Source of the DNA: Candidatus Hydrothermales bacterium
Lineage (GTDB): Bacteria; Hydrothermota; Hydrothermia; Hydrothermales; JAJRUZ01
NCBI GenBank assembly: GCA_039630575.1
Contig: JBCNUW010000001.1
Location: forward strand, 120,473-184,472
DNA length: 64,000 nucleotides
Reading direction: 5' to 3'
Shown here: positions 58,701 to 64,000 of the stretch, piece by piece
How the letters are laid out: each line of letters begins with the position of its first letter
How positions within the stretch are numbered: position 1 is the first letter of the stretch
Notes under the pieces: model-generated
The model's database searches: none
What the model was told of the DNA's origin: nothing
The model's input: the letters and a program-made list of their open reading frames with translations, nothing else
Made by a program: the position numbers and the translations under genes

Positions 58701-61700
58701 CACCTTTTATCCTATAAAAGAGTGTATCAAGTATTTTGTTATCATCTTTTATTTTTGCCTTTATAAAAATTGAGTCATCCTCATAGATTCTCTTTGGGTA
58801 AATAAAAGATACTTCCGGTGGAAATGTGTCAATCAATCCAACATTTATCCATTTACCAGAATAAAAAACAAGTACAGAGTCTGCATTAAGTTTATATCTT
58901 AAAAACGCGTTTCCTTTTGAAATATTCGGAAATTCAAAAGAAAACCTTAAAAGGTTTATTCCTTTTTTCAAAAATAGTGTGTCCTTTAAGACCCTTATCG
59001 TATCATCTTTTAAAATATCAAAACATATATAAGTTGTTTCAGGTGGAATATCAAAAACATGTGCCTGCATGCTCACTCTTAAAGTATCGTAAGGATAGAT
59101 TGTATCAGGTGATGTAGTTAAATTTCTTATTCTAACATCTATCCCTTTTAATTTTATTTCAAATTTTCTCTGTCTTATAATCGTATCCGAAGAAAAATTA
59201 TAATTAATTTCGTAAAAATCAGTTAAACCCTTTTTAGGAAGCATTTTATAAAAGAAAGTATCTTTTTCTATATAAGAGGTGATTGAATCATTATCCCAGA
59301 ATTTAATCTTTACATTTCCGCCTATTTTTGTTGAAACATTTAATTTCATTATTTCACCGAAGAAATATTCAGGCTTTTCAGGGTAAACTGCGATTACACT
59401 ATCACCTTCATATAAGGGATATTCTCTTAGAAGTATTCCGTTCATTGATGGCCATAAATAAATCCCATAAAATATGTTAACGGGCAAGGAATCTAATGCG
59501 AATTTGAACTTAACTATTTCTTCAGGTGGAGGAAACTTTTTAATAGTTGTATCATCTCCTTTTATTATCTTTAAAGAATCAACTTTTATTGTATCATTTT
59601 GAGGTATCAAAATTTTAAACTGGTAATATTTTATAGGTGGATAAAGTTTTTCTTCCCATCCAGTTTCTGCTTTCCCATAAATATTACATTTTCTGAATTT
59701 TAAGATCTTTTGTGAAGGAGGATAGAGCACACCACTTATTGTATCTTTTTGATTCGCTGAAAATAGTGGTGAAACATAAATTCCTTGTGAATCAGGATTT
59801 AAAATTTTTAATCCAGTAGAATCAATCGTTATATTTTTAATAAATCCTGTGACAAATAAAAGTGTATCCTTTTCATAAAAGGGTAGAGAAATCTTTGAAA
59901 GTATCTTCGGGTTAAGCTCGTTTAAATTTTTAATCTTTAAATAAAATCTTGCAGTATCGTTCTTTGAATAAAACTTTTTATCAGTATAAGGAAGCACAGA
60001 AATACGATAACTTCTATATTTTACTATTTTCCATAATGTTTCACCATTTAAATTGAATTCCATTGTATAAGTCCCCTCAGGAATATATAATGGGTTTCTT
60101 AAATAGAAAGTGTCAGAATAATGAGTGTTTACCGGAAGATAAAATTCCGTGAAATTGAAATCTTCAAACCATTTTGCTTCCAAAAAACCTTTTCCTTTAC
60201 TTGTCCCTTTATTTTTAATTATAAAAGGAACTGAAATTAAAGAGTCAATAGCATTTGTATAAAATGTATCCTGTGTAATAAGATAAAACTGGGGCTTAAA
60301 CTTTTTCCTCCATACCTTTGAAATTAAAACATTATCACTTAAATTTAAAATATCAAGTTTTACATTATACTCGCCTTTTTCCCATTGAGGATAGATAGAA
60401 AAAATAATTGTGTCATTTTTAGAGAAATATTTTTTAATTGTATCTTTCCCTGCTGGATGCGTAAGTATTGCTTTTAGAAATTGTGAAGTTGCATAAGGAA
60501 GATAAATAGGAAAAATAAATTTCATAAGTCCTTCTTCATTCGCCCCTTTTAAAATAATTGTATCAATTTCTACATAGTTTACAAGACCTACATAAAGTGT
60601 GCTCTTTGAGGAATCAAGGAGCATTTCTGAGCTTTTTTCCTTTAAAATTCCGGAAAGCGTATAAACCGCAGAATAAGGTACATTGCAAGTAAGAATAAAT
60701 TCCTTTTCAGAGTTTGCTTCAACTTCATCTTCTTTTGAATAAGACTTTATTATCTCCCCATCTTTTTTTATGTAAAAATATGTTTTATATAAAGTATTTT
60801 TACTTGAAGGATTTATAATTCTATATCCAATTGTAAAGGAAGTATCTTCATAGATTAAGCTTGTATCAATTTTTAAAATACCTCCACCTTTAAAATAAAG
60901 TCTTTTAAGATTATATAACTTATTCTGTGTATATGTTGAAAGCATAAGATAGACTGTATCGTCTTTTGCAAATTTAGGGATTAAATGGTAGCTCTTGTTA
61001 ATCTTTTCACCAATTTTTATATAAAATGTATCTATTATTGTATCTTTCTGGAATATAAGTTTTGAAAATATTTTTCCTTCGGATGCAAAAGGGTTTAAAG
61101 TTAGCCTAAAAAATATTGGGTCATAATAGAATATATCCTGTGAAAATGCTTCAGGAATTATATCTATATTCTGGGGTAATATTTTTAATGAATCTTTTAA
61201 ATAGATTATGTTATTTTCATTTTGGATTAAATAGTTTTTATTTCCTTTAAAATATGCAAAGAGTTTTATAATCTCTTTATCATTAAATATTTTAAATTCA
61301 TAATTTTCAATTTCATTTGTATCAATCAAAGTCTCTTTCTTTAAAAGTGTATCGTTATCACAGATAAATCCTATTTCACCCAAGGAAGGTACTTGGGATA
61401 GATTCCATATCTTTAAATTTATTAGTGATGAGTCACCCATAAAAGGATGTCCTTGAAAAGCTGGTGAAATTTTGATTCCTAGTTCTTGTGGTACAACATC
61501 AAAGAAATAATAAGAATTTATATTTAATGGGAAATCATCTTTACCAAGTAAAGAAAGCTTTGCTATATATTTACCGGGCGGGAAATAGTAGGAAGACGGA
61601 ATAGAGAATGTTGTATCCCATGAACTATTTGGTTTAAAATTATATTTAAATATTTCTTTTATATAAATTTCATCAATTTTAATAGAAGTATACTCTGCAT

Positions 61701-64000
61701 TGAATTTATAAATCTCGGGTGAAATATCTAAAATTTCGTTCCTCTTTAAATAGAAATGAAATAAAACTCCGTTATAACCATATGGAAATTTAAAAATATA
61801 TTGAAGAAGAGAGTCAAGTGGATACCACTTATAAAGCTGTGCATATCCTTTTCTCTTCCATCCTTCAGAAAACCCCATAAAGTATGAATTTATTTCCCCT
61901 TGATTTTCTTTGTAGTTAAATTCATAATCTATAAATTTTATTTCATTTTCCTCAGAACTTACATTTCCGTGTAATATTATTCTACCGGATAAACCACCTG
62001 CAAAGAAAAGCTTATCAACCCTAACATAAAGGTATGAAGTATCTACGAGGGTTAAGGAGTAAAGAACGGGAATCTCAAGTCCCTCTATATTAAACTCTAT
62101 TGCCTCACCTATAAAATACTCTTTAACTTCTATCTTATTTCCATTTTTTGTGTATCTCTCAAATCTTCCGTCAGAGGTTCGTGTCCATATTGAATTAAAC
62201 GGGTCAATAAATATAAGTTCGTAATTATTTTCACCAAACTCAAGAACTTTATTCCCAGTTTGAGTTAATTTAATTATTTTATTTTTACCTTTATCACTTA
62301 CCCATATGTAATTTTCTTTATCGATTTTTATATCAACTGGCTCAATAAGAGCTGTATCAATTATAACATTTAAAATATTGAAATCTTTGTCAAGCTTAAT
62401 AACTCTTGATTTACCCGATTCTATAAGGTATAAAGCACCACCCTTTGAAGTTATTCCCTTTGGGCTACTAAAATTTTGACAGACACTTTCGATATTCCCG
62501 AGTTTCCCTGTTCTATTAGGGTTTGAATTTGTAGGTTCATATTTTATTTTAAAAATCTTGTTTCCGTCAGTTGTGATGTAAATATAATTATCCATAAATG
62601 TTAGCCCGTAAATTGAAGAAACACCTGGAATTGATAAAGTGTCCAAAAAACGTGATGTCCATCTAAATTTTTTGCCAAGAGCTATTCTTAAAGTATCTTT
62701 TAAAATAAAAGCATAAATAAGGCTATCTTTTCCAAGGAGATAGGTGCGTGAATTTTTAAAGTTAATAATAAATTTATTTTTATTTTTATCTTTTTTGCCC
62801 CTTGGATACCAGAGATAATAATAATCTTCTGGAAAGAAAGAAGTTGTATCATCCAAAACAAATTTGTCATTATCATTTCTAACACCTTGAAGTTCAATCC
62901 TGTAATAATAAACTGTATCCTTTGCATCAAAATGAATTGAATCAATATAAGATATATAGTTACCAACTTTTAAAAGGAATTTTCTTTCATAAGTTGGATA
63001 TATTGAAGAATTATTAAAATATTTTATATTTATAATTTTTTCTTGCTGAGGAAGATAAACCTTTCTATTCATTTTTAAATTTAAGTTATCGCAAGGACCA
63101 TCCTTGTAAAAAACTTCACCAAAAATACTATCTTTCCTTCCTGTCAATTGTTGCTCATACTTTAATTTAAAAGGAATTAAAGAATTCTTAGGGAAATGTA
63201 GACCTTTAAATGAAAAAGTTTTAATTTCAAGTGGGTCAATATGCTCTGTTGTCTCTCCATAATGAGTATTACCATGGGTAAAAGAGTATTCAATATCTTC
63301 TGGAAAACTACCATAATTTAAAATAGGAATATGTATTGAATCATGCGGATTTTTAATCTCTATGATAAAAGGAACACCAAATGGCATTATTACAGGAAAA
63401 ATTACTTCCCATGTATAAGTATCGTATCTGCTTTTAAACGGAAATTTACCTTCTCCATAATATTTACCCGTGTTAGCATTAAGGGGTACATAAAAGGAAT
63501 CAGGGATGATAATTTTTTTTCTTGGTTCAATTACAAAGCTCCATTCCCTTCTTTCTGCAAAAGGTGGTTTAAAATATCCCCAGCTTTTAAACTTTAAATC
63601 TGTTTCACCATAAATCTTATAGTGAAATTTATGGAATTTTCCAGGAATTAAAACTCTACATGGACCATAAGGACCAGGTTTATCATAAGGACCAGACTCA
63701 CATCCTATAATCCTTGTATACCCAAGTGGCATAAAATGAGTATATATTTCAGTAAAACATTTTTTAAAAATTGATTTAAATTTGCCAATCCAATAACCAC
63801 CATAACAGTATCCCATATAAATTGGTGGAATTACAAGATCATACTCCACTACTTTAAAAATAACTGTGTCTCTATGACCAACACTATCAACCCAACCTTT
63901 TGCTAAGATAAATTTCCTTTGAAGTAAACCATATTCACCTCCACGAAGCTCTATCCATACGAAGAGTGAGTCATTCCTTATTTTTTTCTGTGTAGGGTTT
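55723..64000 (-). CDS. Giant secreted multidomain protein (>2750 aa; 5' end outside the window) with an NHL propeller, Ig-like repeats, two beta-helix modules and a T9SS/FlgD-like CTD
   Basis: The frame has no stop from 63849 to the window edge (checked by hand). NHL-like PKGI...PVDI.ID....WVSD; duplicated GD..IP..V....EGT module; CTD IYDASGKKIKSI...LKRGVYFI...FKVLKI. Confidence 0.85.
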   Translation of the reverse strand, partial: NPTQKKIRNDSLFVWIELRGGEYGLLQRKFILAKGWVDSVGHRDTVIFKVVEYDLVIPPIYMGYCYGGYWIGKFKSIFKKCFTEIYTHFMPLGYTRIIGCESGPYDKPGPYGPCRVLIPGKFHKFHYKIYGETDLKFKSWGYFKPPFAERREWSFVIEPRKKIIIPDSFYVPLNANTGKYYGEGKFPFKSRYDTYTWEVIFPVIMPFGVPFIIEIKNPHDSIHIPILNYGSFPEDIEYSFTHGNTHYGETTEHIDPLEIKTFSFKGLHFPKNSLIPFKLKYEQQLTGRKDSIFGEVFYKDGPCDNLNLKMNRKVYLPQQEKIINIKYFNNSSIYPTYERKFLLKVGNYISYIDSIHFDAKDTVYYYRIELQGVRNDNDKFVLDDTTSFFPEDYYYLWYPRGKKDKNKNKFIINFKNSRTYLLGKDSLIYAFILKDTLRIALGKKFRWTSRFLDTLSIPGVSSIYGLTFMDNYIYITTDGNKIFKIKYEPTNSNPNRTGKLGNIESVCQNFSSPKGITSKGGALYLIESGKSRVIKLDKDFNILNVIIDTALIEPVDIKIDKENYIWVSDKGKNKIIKLTQTGNKVLEFGENNYELIFIDPFNSIWTRTSDGRFERYTKNGNKIEVKEYFIGEAIEFNIEGLEIPVLYSLTLVDTSYLYVRVDKLFFAGGLSGRIILHGNVSSEENEIKFIDYEFNYKENQGEINSYFMGFSEGWKRKGYAQLYKWYPLDSLLQYIFKFPYGYNGVLFHFYLKRNEILDISPEIYKFNAEYTSIKIDEIYIKEIFKYNFKPNSSWDTTFSIPSSYYFPPGKYIAKLSLLGKDDFPLNINSYYFFDVVPQELGIKISPAFQGHPFMGDSSLINLKIWNLSQVPSLGEIGFICDNDTLLKKETLIDTNEIENYEFKIFNDKEIIKLFAYFKGNKNYLIQNENNIIYLKDSLKILPQNIDIIPEAFSQDIFYYDPIFFRLTLNPFASEGKIFSKLIFQKDTIIDTFYIKIGEKINKSYHLIPKFAKDDTVYLMLSTYTQNKLYNLKRLYFKGGGILKIDTSLIYEDTSFTIGYRIINPSSKNTLYKTYFYIKKDGEIIKSYSKEDEVEANSEKEFILTCNVPYSAVYTLSGILKEKSSEMLLDSSKSTLYVGLVNYVEIDTIILKGANEEGLMKFIFPIYLPYATSQFLKAILTHPAGKDTIKKYFSKNDTIIFSIYPQWEKGEYNVKLDILNLSDNVLISKVWRKKFKPQFYLITQDTFYTNAIDSLISVPFIIKNKGTSKGKGFLEAKWFEDFNFTEFYLPVNTHYSDTFYLRNPLYIPEGTYTMEFNLNGETLWKIVKYRSYRISVLPYTDKKFYSKNDTARFYLKIKNLNELNPKILSKISLPFYEKDTLLFVTGFIKNITIDSTGLKILNPDSQGIYVSPLFSANQKDTISGVLYPPSQKILKFRKCNIYGKAETGWEEKLYPPIKYYQFKILIPQNDTIKVDSLKIIKGDDTTIKKFPPPEEIVKFKFALDSLPVNIFYGIYLWPSMNGILLREYPLYEGDSVIAVYPEKPEYFFGEIMKLNVSTKIGGNVKIKFWDNDSITSYIEKDTFFYKMLPKKGLTDFYEINYNFSSDTIIRQRKFEIKLKGIDVRIRNLTTSPDTIYPYDTLRVSMQAHVFDIPPETTYICFDILKDDTIRVLKDTLFLKKGINLLRFSFEFPNISKGNAFLRYKLNADSVLVFYSGKWINVGLIDTFPPEVSFIYPKRIYEDDSIFIKAKIKDDNKILDTLFYRIKGEISWSKINSKKINDTLLIYELGKFNGNNEIEFYGVYRDIKGNKRREPVYGENKIFVLKGLQANISSYEIYNSLPRIYWQNVAEEFIKDKGIPIFESFYDTLKFEMPSLRGKGLLSKIKVYLKNPLTLPSYLYVKIQNENYTFEVPGDTSGWFEFSINKEIQDTLSITIFPSEIIFYADGENPVYSYYKKFGEWKKFIYGNILIRPKIKYLSDSLSPVLKYNVYREGGGASFLIKSVKDTSFIDSLAINENIYTYFIGTLLREPKREFIGNPYTIIFDYLPPRFSDTNIIKLPDRYIFKTRIYDGLKVENDSIYVPKFLYKATHDSTHLDTFFFTIPKFSQNIKFYLKAWDLKNNLKRFPDTGFIYIKEGEFGVIPRDTTLQGEILLIGDIVIPESVRVDVKEGTRFIISNKDIFNLGIDPNHIEIIIYGEFYANGKKEKRIKFEIQDTGRWFGIRYLPKSKGKIEYSIIKDAIKGLSLKAESVYIVQNEISENQEGIEIFRGNSFIFANKINLNKIGIKAEIDSGFAILSWNHIFENESTGVLVKNNPLLTLGNVYNPDTLDDGANRIYGNGNYDIINLTQYKIYAQGNFWNSKDSTFIKSRIKGDVDFKKFYIWGKIKIKTTWDGIVSIGGDLIIPKNVHLKIKEGTKIRFIKRFDALKTGKNDTLSELIVYGKLSAKNSLFTSDGYIKEKCDYYGIVFKMREENELKKYEMDEEDRTFEKSSHNYKNLRINFSYKGIEFLKNENLKLKNLQIRNSNYGIYFYGKELEIENSNISLNNIGFYLLKGKGHIKETSVKENEIGVLYKGTSEINIDKSYIMNNKIGIYISENSKPKLKNGHNYICYNLNYNLYNDTRFDIEAQRNWWGTQNVDSISLLIYDFYDDPLKGKVYFEPIWVPRKEILSNIQGEKGRVTELIKINSISFKNIEIEFILDRKSEIYINIYDASGKKIKSINKSLDLGTHKLKINNLKRGVYFIDVEVNGIKNRFKVLKI

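Noticed and set aside
2032..63597. Many 60-139 aa ORFs nested in or antisense to long genes (e.g. 17389-17796, 24625-24933, 27818-28177, 56022-56441)
   Set aside because: They lie within well-supported genes and show no motifs or translation signals.
1..64000. CRISPR arrays, IS elements, prophage, rRNA
   Set aside because: No regularly spaced repeats, transposase, integrase or phage genes; all spacers are short.

Overview
A gene-dense, very AT-rich bacterial chromosomal segment. No rRNA, tRNA, CRISPR array or mobile element is visible. Gene content (RtcB, AhcY, class II RNR, PPDK, paired M42 peptidases, DUF2723, and secreted proteins ending in a T9SS/FlgD-like C-terminal domain) suggests a thermophilic, peptide-scavenging diderm of the FCB group, possibly WOR-3/Hydrothermae; that placement is inference only. 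The main system is a translationally coupled minus-strand operon at 30605-36111. It encodes a tetraheme cytochrome with the motif order of the Geobacter nanowire cytochrome OmcE, a predicted outer-membrane beta-barrel, three multiheme cytochromes (11, 8 and 7 heme motifs) and an NHL beta-propeller. Four kb away, a 13-heme cytochrome is coupled to a CTD-bearing propeller. Together these look like a candidate cytochrome-nanowire / extracellular electron transfer system. Other highlights: a tRNA T-loop-like motif GGTTCAANTCC sits 18-30 nt upstream of four operon starts (plus one variant), including the nanowire operon; a peptide-binding protein is fused to a TonB C-terminal domain; a >2750-aa secreted protein is dense in D-S/T-hydrophobic glycosylation-type sequons; several genes look leaderless; one gene probably starts at ATT; and there is a sigma-54-type promoter.
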